Shown here: positions 28,132-41,204 of the stretch, one piece after another
Layout of the letters: each line of letters starts with the position of its first letter
How positions within the stretch are numbered: the stretch's first letter is position 1
Source of the DNA: Eledone cirrhosa
Taxonomy: Eukaryota
Assembly: GCA_964016885.1 (NCBI GenBank)
Contig: OZ024743.1
Location: 78,802,001-78,866,000, forward strand
DNA length: 64,000 bases
Direction: 5' to 3'
Position numbers and translations under genes: made by a program
The notes under the pieces: model-generated
Seen by the model: the letters and a program-made list of their open reading frames with translations, nothing else
What the model was told of the DNA's origin: nothing
Database searches by the model: none

Positions 28132-29433
28132 AATTCTCCATGAGCCTTGCCCTCCTTGATCTTTTTCTTGGCTCTCTGAAGCTCCACTCTGGTGAAGGGC
28201 TCTGTCTCAATATCCAGTTCTTCAAACAGCCGCCTGATCTCCCCAGTGCTCTGGGCTGTGGAGGGTGGCTCTCCTAGTAGGGTCCTAAAATAGTCTAGCC
28301 ATTTCTTCTTCCTATCCTCGGGCCCCGTTCCCTGGATCTGACTCGAACACCTTAACTTCCTCCCTGTGATCTCGTTGATGATCATCCAGTTCTCCTTACA
28401 TCCAGACCTGTCAACCGCTCTCTCCACACTTCTGATCTCTCTATCAGTGCCTCATCTCTGGCCTCAGTGTAAGCAGTACAGAGTTCTTCCCTCATCACCT
28501 CCACAGTCTCCATCCTCTCCTCTGTAGGATCAGCATAGAATTGGTCCTTGGCAGCTTTCAGGTGTTCTCTGGCTGCACACACTTTTGGGTTTGCAGAGCT
28601 GACGTGCTTCCTTTTGTTCTTTCTCCTCGGCACCAGGGTTTCACTTGCTTCCGCCACTGCATTGGTGAAGTGCCCGTACCTCCTCGTCACACTCTCCTCA
28701 GTCCATCGAATCTCTCTCTCCTCTGTCTCTCCACACAGAGTACTGAACCTGTTCCTCACTTCCATTGTGAACCTCTCCTGTAGCTTATCATCTTCCTTGA
28801 AAGCTCCCCAGTCATAGATTGCCATCCGGGGCTGAGCCTTGCTCTTTCATAAGCTCACCCTAACCTCACTCATAACATGAGGATTTCCTGTATTTGGGAG
28901 CAAAGATTGGGAATACGGAAGATGATGTGGTTGAGAGGACGAGCAAAGCCACAGCTTGAGATCGGTGTGGAAGTCGGACCTTCGTAATACCTAAAAATCC
29001 GCCTCTTCATTGCCGTAGTGGAGTCTGTGCTGCTGTACGCGTCTGAGACTTGGAAACTTACCAAGAAACTACTCAGATGGTGGATGGGTGCTACACGAGA
29101 ATGCTGAGGATGGCTCTGAACATTAATCAGTATACACCGAGGATGAAAAACTCAGAGCTGTATAGGAGCCTCCCAAAAGTCAGCTCAAAAGTGACACAGA
29201 GGAGACTGAGGTTAGCTGGACATGCTCACCGACATCCAGAGTTGACATTGCACTCAGTGTTCCTGTGGGAGCCCCTACATGGACACACTGAAAGAGGAAG
29301 ACCAAGGTTAACGTATGTTGATGCCCTAAGGACAGACACTGGTCTGTTGGATACGCAGAACACAGCGATAATGAGGGACAGAGACCGCTGGAGAGAACTC
29401 GTCCATGGATCTCGGGAATTTTACCCGCCCTAG

Positions 29434-29435
<2 letters not shown>
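28132..29435. mobile_element. RTE-clade LINE fragment with internal inversion (minus 28132-28871, plus ~28875-29433)
   Basis: Minus: EVRNRFSTL, KWLDYFRTLL, KEGKAHG (pre-RT linker); plus: DFLYLG, VESVLLYASETW, RRLRLAGH, RGRPRLTYVD, then (AT)n. Confidence 0.82.
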
Positions 29436-29491
<56 letters not shown>

Positions 29492-29499
29492 ATAGGGAG

Positions 29500-31170
29500 A
29501 AAAAGACGATTATTAGGAAGAAAAATATTTTTTCCTTTTTATTTATTTTTTTTTTTTCTGGGTTAGGAAATGTTTAAAACAAAATGTTTTACTTTGTGTG
29601 AAATGTTTAGGTATTAGTTAATTTATTTATTATTAACAATGGCATTTATTTATTTATATATTTAATAATTGTCTATTACCGGTTTCACCATTTTGTCCAT
29701 TATCAAAGGGGAAAATTTGTATTGGTGTAAAATGTTGGTGATGTTGAACATGTTAAGGAAATGGGGAAGAAAGAATAATGTTATTTACAAACAAGGTTTT
29801 TGAAGTGAAAAGAAAAAAGAAAAAAAAGGGGGTAATGTGGAACATGATAAGGTAATGGGAAAGAAAGAATAATATTATTTACAGGCATAGTTCTTGAAGA
29901 TAAGCAGTTCAAACTGTGTTATGGCAAGAGTGCTTAACTGATCCATGATGGAGGCAAATGGTAGTCTGGGGTTTGATATGATTTCCCTTTTTAGAGAGTT
30001 AATATGCAGAGGGAGGTAATTCAGGGTGGTCAGGTAGGGGAGAGAGAAATAAGAGGGGGTAATTCATTTATATTAGAAAAAGTTTTAGGTAGGATGTGAG
30101 GGAGGTAACTCTTTAGAGAACATAGAAATTTGGTTTTGGTTCATTGTTCGTTCCAGTTTTAGTTTAGTCCGAAGTTTAGACCATTAAGTAGAGGTTGGAA
30201 TTTGTTAATGAAGTACTTTTCCTTATTGATACGATGGATGAAAGTAGCGTTGTCTATGAATTTGTAAATGGGGAACATTTTAAAGTTTGGCTTTTTTTTT
30301 AGGTGTACAATTGGCGATATGTTCACTAAAAGCAATCTTTCGGTATTCCTGTATTTTGATTTGTGATCTATGGACGGTCATACGTTGTCGGAGGCTGTTT
30401 TATGTCTGTCCTATGTAGTGCTCCTGACAACCTGAGCAGGTCAAAACATAGATTAGGTTTTCAGATGCACATGTAAAGTTGTGTTTAACTGTGAAATGTT
30501 GTCCTTGTTTAAAATGGAATGTTGAACCTTCTATTAGATTTATGCATATACCACAGTTGCGCCTTCCGCATTTTTTTAATGTAGGGTTCATTGTGAGGGT
30601 TGCTTGGATTTTGGCTTGTGTGAGGATGTTTTTATATGGATTTAGGTTGTCTTTTGCTCTTTATGATGTTGTGTGTTTGGAGGATTTGTTCATTCTTGGG
30701 TCTCTTTTTAGTAAAGGAATGTTCTGGAGGATGGTGTCGAATGCCTCATTGTTGAGGGGGTTGTGTGTGGAAATGTATGGTAGAGTTTTCTGTTTCGGTT
30801 CATTCCTGTGTTTGGGGTGTCTGAGTTCCTGACTGTTGAGTTTTAGGGCACGTTAGAATCCATTGTTGATGGTGGGTAGTTTCTGCTGATAAGTGTGTTC
30901 TTTAATTCTTCTAGTCGTGTGTAGCATGTGTATTTATCTGAAACTATTGTGCAGATCCTTCTGGCAAGGTTATAAGGGATTGCCATTTTGGTATGGCGAG
31001 GGTGGCACGAGTTAAATGGAAGATATTGTTTGGAGTCTGTGGGTTTGTAGTATATGTCTGTTTCTATTTTGTTGTTTGTTTTCTTGATGAGGATGTCGAG
31101 GAAAGGGAGTTGTTCATGGCTGTAATCCATTGTAAATTGTAATTGGTGTTGGATGTTTAAAGCGTCCATA
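29500..31170 (-). mobile_element. Penelope-like element, 5'-truncated (RT thumb + GIY-YIG endonuclease + 3' region)
   Basis: LPFLDILI, TDIYYKPTDSKQYL, SCHPRH, CGRRNCGIC, NLIYVLTCSGCQEHYIGQT; degenerate TTGATAA...GAAACCGGTA at ~29675-29706. Confidence 0.9.
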
Positions 31171-31492
31171 TGCGGTAGGCCGTATGAGCACTCGATGCCC
31201 TTGTAGTGCAGAGTATGGTATCACAGAAAAAAGAGAATCAGTGATGCGACGAAAGGTATTTATTGGAAATATTACAATTGTATCTCGGGCGACCAGCTCG
31301 AGGCACGATCGATATGGTGATCAAACCTGACTCTGAAATCTGCTTCGTAGAATCGAGACGTATCCGAGGACCGCGCGATTTCAGAGTCAGGTTTGATCAC
31401 CATATCGATTGTGCCTCGATCTGGTCGCCCGAGAAACAATTGTAATATGTCCAATAAATTCCTTTCGTCGCAACACTGATTCTCTTTTTTCT

Positions 31493-31497
<5 letters not shown>
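31170..31497. mobile_element. Fold-back element (arms ~31219-31340 / 31377-31497 plus left tail)
   Basis: ~120-bp inverted arms with a few mismatches, containing GAAACAATTGTA; the left tail resembles 14570-14615. Confidence 0.85.
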
Positions 31498-31537
<40 letters not shown>

Positions 31538-31541
<4 letters not shown>

Positions 31542-32010
31542 TTAATATAGATGAGATTCTACAGGACTAGAACTGTTTCATTCTTTAGAAATCATCAGGA
31601 ATCTGGGTATCAAAAAATAAATATGGTATTTATAGGCCTCCTCAGGTGGTAGGAGAGGGTAGGGAGTGGGATGGGTAGAGGTCATTGGTTGATAGAAAAG
31701 GGAATTCATTAAAAGCTAATTCTTTAAAGCTATAATTTATATTTAGCTTTAAAGAATTAGCTTTTAATGAATTCCCTTTTCTATCAACCAATGACCTCTA
31801 CCCATCCCACTCCCTACCCTCTCCTACCACCTGAAGAGGCCTATAAATACCATATTTATTTTTTGATACCCAGATTCCTGATGATTTCTAAAGAATGAAA
31901 CAGTTCTAGTCCTGTAGAATCTCATCTATATTAAAACTTTTATACTCTGCTATGTATTGAGTACCTTACTTACTGTGGTTACCTCCGATTAAACCCGGAA
32001 TAACGTACCT
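31538..32010. mobile_element. Hammerhead-bearing fold-back element (arms ~31538-31731 / 31743-31938 plus ~70-nt right tail)
   Basis: ~195-bp inverted arms flanked by (AT)n; one hammerhead per arm. Confidence 0.9.
31872..31922 (+). ncRNA. Type I hammerhead ribozyme (family B); mirror copy on minus at 31554-31604
   Basis: agattc-CTGATGA-tttctaaagaat-GAA-acag-ttctagtc-ctgt-A-gaatct: 6-bp stem I, 4-bp stem III, GUA site. Confidence 0.88.
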
Positions 32011-32278
32011 ATATATATATATATATATATATATTAGTTTGGCGAGGTTTTTAATATGTGTGGAAACAAATATTGTTTTAACCGTTTGTCAGTCAATGAT
32101 AGACATTGATGGCCAAATAAATTAACTATGGAGATATAAAAGATACAGAAGCAAAAACCAACCAAACAGTGAGTGTGTTCTCTTATTATTTCTGGCAATA
32201 TTATTACAACAATATGACCCTCCCCAAGTATAACATTATATACTTACTGTGGTTACCTCCGATTCAACCCGGAATAAC

Positions 32279-32344
<66 letters not shown>

Positions 32345-32355
<11 letters not shown>

Positions 32356-32851
32356 TAAACGGAATAGAAAATGCTGACAAATTGTTCACAGTTGAAAAAT
32401 GGTTTAATTAGGAATAAAAGAGTATTAGTGATTGTATGGGTTAGTATTCAGTTGTGGTTTTAAGTTTTTAAGTTTTTACCGGTTGCGCATTTCTAAATGC
32501 TTTTCAAAAATAATTTTGAGATAGAGTGTCCGTGCTGTTTGCTCTGATCTGATTAGTTTTGGGAATTCTACCTGTTTTTATGTTAAAAAAGTGGCTCCAG
32601 CGTTATTTTTGTGTTGCAAAAATACTTGTGGTCAAAACAATTTTGATTGGTCGGTAGAGGTCATGTGAATGTAAAAAGTTGATTTTGCGCGAAGACTGTT
32701 TTTATGTTAAAAAAGTGGCTCCAGCAAAAATTCTTGGTCAAAACAATTTTGATTGGTCGGTAGAGGTCATGTGGATAAAAAATTGGTTTTGCGCCAAGAT
32801 TGAGAAATGACTCTTTCACAACAAATATGTGTGTGTGTGTGTGTGTGTGAA

Positions 32852-32884
<33 letters not shown>

Positions 32885-32981
32885 GTGTGTGTGTGTGTGT
32901 GTGTAGTAGTAGTAGTAGTAATAAGGTGTTCGATGCTGCGACAATGGCCAGCAGCGATGTGTGTCAAATGGCTATTAAGAT

Positions 32982-33056
<75 letters not shown>

Positions 33057-34766
33057 GCAGAGTCATTCGAAGGTCAAAAGATATTTTTCAGCTTTTGTCT
33101 TATACGGAGAAGTGCGTGTGTGTGTGTGTGTGTATAAGTCTCTTTGTATGTTGATGTACGCGTGTGTATGTGTTTGTGTATATATATGTGTGTGTGTGTG
33201 TGTGGGTGGACCAGTATTTTTTTCCCCCTGGTAAAATGGTGTACATTATTCGATTTTTTCAGTAAAATCGGTTCTCTTAATAGAACATCAAAAATCTTAA
33301 CAATAAAAGGTGTGAAATGATATTCACTATATATATATATACACACATACATATATTCACTACATATATATATATATATACATATATACATACATATATA
33401 TGCACATATATTTTTTTGTATTGCACCATAGAGCATGTGTGTTTACGTGTGTCATTGTGTTTATATGTGGGTAGAGATGTGTGATGATGTAGGTATGTAT
33501 GTTGACGTGTGTATGTTGTGGGTTCGTCTTAGGGAGAAGTGTTTAGACGGGGTCCGTATTTGTTAATGAAGTAAGATTCCTTGCTGATGCGCTGGGTGTG
33601 GGTGGCATTATCTTTAAATGTGTAGAGGGGAAAGATTCTGAAGTTGGGATGATTTTGGGCGGCACAGGTATCAATGTGTTCACTCAGTGGTATTTTCCTG
33701 TATTCCCGTATTTTAATTTGGGATCTATGGACAGTCATGCGTTGGCGGAGGCTGTTTTTGGTCTGGCCTATGTATTGTTCTCGACAACCTGAACAAGTTA
33801 ATACATATATTAGATTTTCCGATGCACATGTGAAATTGTGTTTTACTATAAAACGTTGTCCATCTTTGAAATAGAATTCCGAACCCACTATTAGGTTGAT
33901 GCAACTGTGGCATTTGCATCAATCCAATAGAGGGTTCGGAATTCTATTTCAAAGATGGACAACGTTTTATAGTAAAACACAATTTCACATGTGCATCGGA
34001 AAATCTAATATATGTATTAACTTGTTCAGGTTGTCGAGAACAATACATAGGCCAGACCAAAAACAGCCTCCGCCAACGCATGACTGTCCATAGATCCCAA
34101 ATTAAAATACGGGAATACAGGAAAATACCACTGAGTGAACACATTGATACCTGTGCCGCCCCAAATCATCCCAACTTCAGAATCTTTCCCCTCTACAAAT
34201 TTAAAGATAATGCCACCCACACCCAGCGCATCAGCAAGGAATCTTACTTCATTAACAAATACGGACCCCGTCTAAACACTTCTCCCTAAGACGAACCCAC
34301 AACATACACACGTCAACATACATACCTACATCAGCACACATCTCTACCCACATATAAACACAATGACACACGTAAACACACATGCTCTATGGTGCAATAC
34401 AAAAAAATATATGTGCATATATATGTATGTATATATGTATATATATATATATATATGTAGTGAATATATGTATGTGTGTATATATATATATAGTGAATAT
34501 CATTTCACACCTTTTATTGTTAAGATTTTTGATGTTCTATTAAGAGAACCGATTTTACTGAAAAAATCGAATAATGTACACCATTTTACCAGGGGGAAAA
34601 AATACTGGTCCACCCACACACACACACACACATATATATACACAAACACATACACACGCGTACATCAACATACAAAGAGACTTATACACACACACACACA
34701 CACACACGCACTTCTCCGTATAAGACAAAAGCTGAAAAATATCTTTTGACCTTCGAATGACCCTGC

Positions 34767-34841
<75 letters not shown>

Positions 34842-35358
34842 ATCTTAATAGCCATTTCACACACATCGCTGCTGGCCATTGTCGCAGCATCGAACACCTT
34901 ATTACTACTACTACTACTGTACACACACACACACATATATACACACACACACATATTTGTTGTGAAAGAGTCATTTCTCAATCTTGGCGCAAAACCAATT
35001 TTTTATCCACATGACCTCTACCGACCAATCAAAATTGTTTTGACCACAAGCATTTTTGCAACACAAAAATAACGCTGGAGCCACTTTTTTAACATAAAAA
35101 CAGGTAGAATTCCCAAAACTAATCAGATCAGAGCAAACAGCACGGACACTCTATCTCAAAATTATTTTTGAAAAGCATTTAGAAATGCGCAACCGGTAAA
35201 AACTTAAAAACTTAAAACCACAACTGAATACTAACCCATACAATCACTAATACTCTTTTATTCCTAATTAAACCATTTTTCAACTGTGAACAATTTGTCA
35301 GCATTTTCTATTCCGTTTACCAATATATAATAACTTGTGTGTTACACCTCTATTCTTT

Positions 35359-35362
<4 letters not shown>
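32345..35362. mobile_element. Head-to-head inverted pair of Penelope-like 3' ends (~1.4-1.5-kb arms, apex ~33910)
   Basis: GIY-YIG ORF NLIYVLTCSGCREQYIGQT..RMTVHRS..E..GPRLN on minus at 33529-33888 and on plus at ~33930-34289; the 3' UTRs mirror each other out to the (AT)n flanks. Confidence 0.92.
35163..35205 (+). ncRNA. Hammerhead-like motif (family U, GAA changed to GCA); mirror copy at ~32470-32515
   Basis: ttt-TTGAAAA-gcatttagaaatgc-GCA-accggt-A-aaa. Confidence 0.55.
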
Positions 35363-35426
<64 letters not shown>

Positions 35427-35519
35427 TTGCGAGATTTTTTATATGAAATCGTGTGTCGAAACAAATATTGTTATACTTGGGGAGGGTCATATTGTTGTAA
35501 TAATATTGCCAGAAATAAT

Positions 35520-35706
35520 TGTTTCTACTTTAGGCACAAGGCCAGCAATTACCCAGTGCATTACTGGTACATTATTTTATCGACCCCGTAAAGATGAAAG
35601 GCAAAGTCAACCTCGGCAGGATTTGAACTCAGATCGTAAAGGGACGTAACTATGCTGGAAAGCATGGCGTCCGACCCTCTACCGATACTGCCAATTCACC
35701 GCCCTT
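35520..35706 (-). mobile_element. Nin/Deu-like tRNA-SINE with 14-bp TSD
   Basis: Full-length copy flanked by ttgccagaaataat at 35506-35519 and 35707-35720; the uninterrupted target is visible at 139-152 (reverse complement). Confidence 0.9.
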
Positions 35707-35869
35707 TTGCCAGAAATAATAACAGAACACACTCAGTGTCTGGTTGGTTTTCGCTTCTGTATCTTTTATATCTCCACAGTTAATTCATTCGGTCTTCAAA
35801 ATTTACCATTGACTGACCAACGGTAAAAAATACAGATATAATATAGATATAAACACATATATATAGTCC

Positions 35870-35911
35870 AACAAAGTTCTTTCGTTGCACATCTGCAACA
35901 TCGTCAGTGGT
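35870..35911 (-). ncRNA. Minimal hammerhead (family C)
   Basis: Minus strand acca-CTGACGA-t-gttgca-gatg-tgcaac-GAA-agaact-T-tgtt. Confidence 0.7.
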
Positions 35912-36284
35912 GCTATTATGTTCCTTCTGTTGTATTGTATATCTACGCCATCTTTATTATTCCGAGGATCTGGACGTGTTTGGTGCTCGACACCACCACG
36001 TGACGTCATCGACGTAAGCCGACACGGATCTCCCGCATTGCAGTTCGCGAGGGACCCTCCTCATGGTCTCCAATTAGCACGATATGTTTTGTCTTCATTA
36101 CGTTCATTGAGTAGCAACGCGCGTTTCCCTATTGATCAGCTCAAGGTTCGATCTGTATCGATCTAGCCCGACTCTGGAATGAAAAGCTCGTCGGACTTCT
36201 GTTGCGTGGTAAGGAACCAGGTGGACCATAACGCACCAGAGTAATCAATACTGAGGGTAGTAGAGTGGGTAATAGGAACATTTT

Positions 36285-36345
<61 letters not shown>

Positions 36346-36349
36346 ATGT

Positions 36350-36398
36350 GCTTCCTGATGATTTCCTACGAATGAAACAGTTCTAGTCATGTAGAAGC
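36350..36398 (+). ncRNA. Type I hammerhead ribozyme (family B)
   Basis: gcttc-CTGATGA-tttcctacgaat-GAA-acagttctagtcatgt-A-gaagc; stem I differs from 31872 but still pairs. Confidence 0.82.
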
Positions 36399-36499
36399 CA
36401 TTTCTATATATATATATATATAATAATAAAAAATATATATATATATAAAAAAAAAAAATTTTTTCGCTCTACATGGCTGAATACAATTAATGTAATCTG

Positions 36500-36865
<366 letters not shown>

Positions 36866-36949
36866 ATTCCGAATTCAATCGGGGGTAACCACAGTAAGTA
36901 AGGTACTCAATACATAGAAGAGTATATGTGTGTGTGCATATATATATAT

Positions 36950-39347
36950 ATAAGGATACACCTAACAACTTTGACAGAACTATGGGATCTCGTGACTCGG
37001 CGCAGGTCACTGATTTGGTGTGTCTATATCTCTTAAATGAAATTCATAAGAATCTACCCTACCTCAATCGTGGTTTATACCGCAATGATGCACTACTACT
37101 TATTGACTATAAAAAATTTAATATAGAAAGAACTATGAAATTTTTACCTATAAAATCACCTAGTTTCAACATTATTTCTCACAATATGGCCATGAAGAAA
37201 AGTAATAAAAATGCTAGCAACCCTAACTCTAGTACGAAGGGTAATATCAAACTTAACTCGCACCAGAATATACACCCCAATAATAATAATATAAACAGAA
37301 ATATAAACAATACCTCAAATAACATTACAAAAAACAAAAATAGAAGAACTAATACATTTTTCAATCCCCATTTCAATCTAAACATCTCTACCAACTTGCC
37401 TAAGGCTTTCTTCTCAATCTTAGAAAAATACTTTCCAGTCGGCCACAAATACCATTATCTTATCAATAAAAATACCATTAAAATCTCTTACTCTACCACA
37501 CCTAACATCACGTACCATATAGCTAGTAGTAATTAAAGGAAGATTAATAATTATTTCCAACTAATTAAATCGCAACAGGGGGTGAACTTACATAACAACA
37601 TAGTACCAGAGAATTCTAGTAGCAATAATATTAATAGCACTAATGAAATTAATAACAATGAGAATGATAATCATCATTACCCTAATGCTATCCCTAACAA
37701 CCATGCATCTACACGCTCTATTAACCAGCAAGTAAACAACCAGAATAACTGTAACTGTAGAACAAATAGAACTTGCCCCTTAGGAAAAAATTGCTTAATC
37801 AAAGACATCATTTACTCATGCACAGTCAATACAAACACAACTTCAAAAACATAGATCGGTTCTACTTCGAACTGCTTCAAGACGAGATATAACTCGCATC
37901 TCCACACTTTCAAAAATCGCAATCTAGCCAAATCCACTTCTTTATCTAACTACATACACTCTCTGAAAACTAAGAATAGACCTTATACACTTCAATGGGA
38001 AGTAATAGATAAGGCCGCATCGTATAAACCACCGAATAAATTATGTAACCTCTGTCTTCTAGAGACCCGCACTATAATCTATTCTAAGCTAAACCTCTTA
38101 AATAGAAAATCAGAAATTATTTCCATCTGCCAACACCACCACCTCTTTCCAACTTTAAACCTAGCTGCTAGCATATAACAATGTCAGATCTGGATTCCTC
38201 ACCACCATTAACACTTTACCTCTAGGTTTATACAGCATATAATTACCCCCCCCCCCCCCACAACATCACATTCTATGATCAGCTCATTCCTCTACTTACC
38301 TCCTATTTATCTCAAATCTTATACTCTACAATAACTATTAGGAATAAACATAAAGTTACCACCATTTAATATAATTACTATAACTTACTAATATTTTATT
38401 CATTTAATTAATATATGGGTAGGTAGTGATAAAATGAGACCTTTAATGTATTATAGGAAAAATTGTATTTAAAATTAAATATATAAATTTAAAAATAAAT
38501 AGCATTATATAAAAGGATTCACTTATAACATAATATATTGTATATTAACACATAGAGAATTGGAGTTGTAAACAACTATACATTTTTTTCTTATATACAA
38601 ATTAATCGCCAATTACCTCCCCTTTCACATTAGCTCCCCTTAATATAGATCTCTAAATCACTTCCTGAAATTAAACCGTTAGACAGATCACCCTAGAACA
38701 ACTCGAACCCTTGATAAGATTGTAATAGGACCAATATACAATCCATAGTTATATCTACTGATAAACATTTACTAAAATATAACCAATGTAATGGAAAGGA
38801 AGTCCTTGATATTAATACATGCACATTTGAACATTACCGGAACAATTATCTCATTACATCCACCATAAACTTCATAGAAACTGCTTTTCATACCCAAGCA
38901 TCTCTGTCTGATTAATATGCTTTTGTACCTGTATTGTATTGTGATATCTTTGCCATACTGTGATATATATTCTTAGTACCATTGCTTGTTTCTTACCTGG
39001 TTATTCTGTACATGCCTACCACATCTGCACTCTTTCTATACGTTTGCATATGTACTTCTAATGTCCTTGTTTTGCGAGTAACTTTCTTCTTTAATTCCTC
39101 TATAATTATTGTATTATTCTTTTATAATCTTTGTCGCATCCACTGATACTGACCACATCATCTTCACTCTTTAAATATGACACTGTTAATGACAATACTA
39201 ACATATATGTATCTGTACGATTGTTCTGTGGAATAGGAGGTTAATTATATGCCTAAACTTTGCTAGTGCTCCGATGATTCCAAACGAAAGTTTGGAAGAA
39301 ACGATTGTCAGCAATAAAATGTTTTGAACATTGTTTTGATTATTCTG

Positions 39348-39350
<3 letters not shown>
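36950..39350 (+). mobile_element. Penelope-like element of Naiad type, internally deleted and decayed
   Basis: TMGSRDSAQVTDLVCLYLL, GLYRNDAL, FFNPHFN, KISYSTTPN, CNCR..CPL..CL..IIY, CNLCL, LNRKSEIISIC; 3' hammerhead and aataaa before (AT)n. Confidence 0.8.
39267..39313 (+). ncRNA. Type I hammerhead at the PLE 3' end (U4C variant)
   Basis: tgct-CCGATGA-ttccaaac-gaaa-gtttggaa-GAA-acgattgt-C-agca, directly followed by aataaa. Confidence 0.8.
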
Positions 39351-39421
<71 letters not shown>

Positions 39422-39859
39422 ATTAAACCAGTTAGACCATTATTATAATATACTATATTAGAAAGAGTCGGGCTGGAACTAGCTGTTGAAACGGCAAGTT
39501 CTCAGCCGTCGGGCTCCGACTATTTCTAATGTATATATTAGGATTGTAATGTCAGTAAAATCCTCCTTCCCCTGAACACCCAATCTAGCAGACACTTTAG
39601 TAAACACCAATAGGACCGAAATACGGAAACATAAACAAGAACACAAACCAGCCATTAACACAACACAAAACAACACCACACAGTTAATACGCAACAATGT
39701 TCAACAACAAGACAACTCCAACCAGAATAAGACTAACCAGCAACATACCAGTAATGTAATGGCTCTTAGGTGCCAGAGGAATGACCATATAGTTGATGTA
39801 TATCCACCACTGTTTCTGTAGTAATTTTATTTGTATTGACATTTCTGCGTGAATTTATA

Positions 39860-40205
39860 AAATGACAAGTCAGTCAATCATATTAGTGGCCTCCCCACAG
39901 CCCCGGCGGACAGCAAATAGAGAAGACGTTTCCCCGGAGGACGGTAAGGGAGACGCGCTGGAAAAGCCATTCCAACTCGCGAGGCTCACACCTGCGGCTG
40001 GCCAGCTCCGCGTCTGGCCAGCTCCGCGTCTATGGTGGTGAGTAGGGAGGTAGCCCTAGGGCTGAGGACACCTGAAGTCTCCACTTCCAAGGGTACAACC
40101 GCAAACCTGTCGGAGAGCGACCGAAATTTGGAGAGTTTGGCCTCCTCAGCCCGACGTGCAGCCGAACCTCGGTTAGTCGCAGACTGCACCAAGTTGCGGC
40201 TGGGA
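39860..40205 (-). mobile_element. 3' fragment of a CRE-like/RLE non-LTR element
   Basis: AARRAEEAKLSKF..VPLEVETSGVL..., then WLFQRVSL.VLRGN, typical of a restriction-like endonuclease C-terminus. Confidence 0.7.
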
Positions 40206-40479
40206 TATAGTTAGTGTAGCAACTAACTATCTATTTATATTTATTTCGCACACAAGCCACAGTCCTTAATCCAATTTTTCTAGTACCACAAACCCCTTTA
40301 CTACATATCATTTACATATTAACCACATCACAGAAAACCTTAGACCCTCTAATTCTCATAGTATTCTCATACTAACTTAGGTTTAATTTACTATTATTTG
40401 TTGTTATTTTCGTTTCTCTCTAACTAACCTCTGACCAACAGAAACCTCACCCCACTTTAGTACAGCACCGCACCCCTTC

Positions 40480-40559
<80 letters not shown>

Positions 40560-40859
40560 ACATTAATAAAGCTGGTGATGTTACATAAATCGCTTATGCA
40601 TTATGATTATTTCAATGGTTCTCCCATGCATTTGTTGTTACGAAAACGGTATCCTCAGATGAAATTCGATTTTGTAATATGCCACCGAGAGGAAAAAATC
40701 ACGTCCTTTTGCTCATGCATCCAGCAGACATATGTCTACTGGGCACACGAGCAAAAGGACCTTTGGTTACTTGCATTATTGTTCATACAGGTATGAATAT
40801 ACTTCAACTGCTTACTACAAAGTCTAGTATGTAATTTAATTAGCAACCGCCGTAATAGT

Positions 40860-41130
40860 AGAGGTGCATTGCCTAGTGGTAAGGGTGTTGGACTTACGAT
40901 CATAATGTCGTGGGTTCGATTCCTGAGTTGGGTTGTCTTTTATGTTCTTGAGCCCGTTGCCCCACTATACTCAGCTGAAAATAAGTGCCAACAATAGCTG
41001 GAGGTTTAAGGCTGAGATGGACTTGTGTCCTGTCCAGGGAGAAGTCATGTACTCTCAGCTGCTTCACACCACGAAATCGGGATAAGCACCGGTCTGATGG
41101 GCCTCCTGACATGCGACAGACTTTAATCTT
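40860..41130 (+). mobile_element. tRNA-head SINE of a second family (V-domain-like core)
   Basis: gcctagtggtaag A box, ggttcgattcc B box, gatggacttgtgtcctgtccaggg core. Confidence 0.7.
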
Positions 41131-41204
41131 ATGATGGACTGGCGTCCTTAAACAATGGCGCCAGCTTTTCACTTTTGGTTATTCCTTGTAAAATTACAAG
41201 AGAA

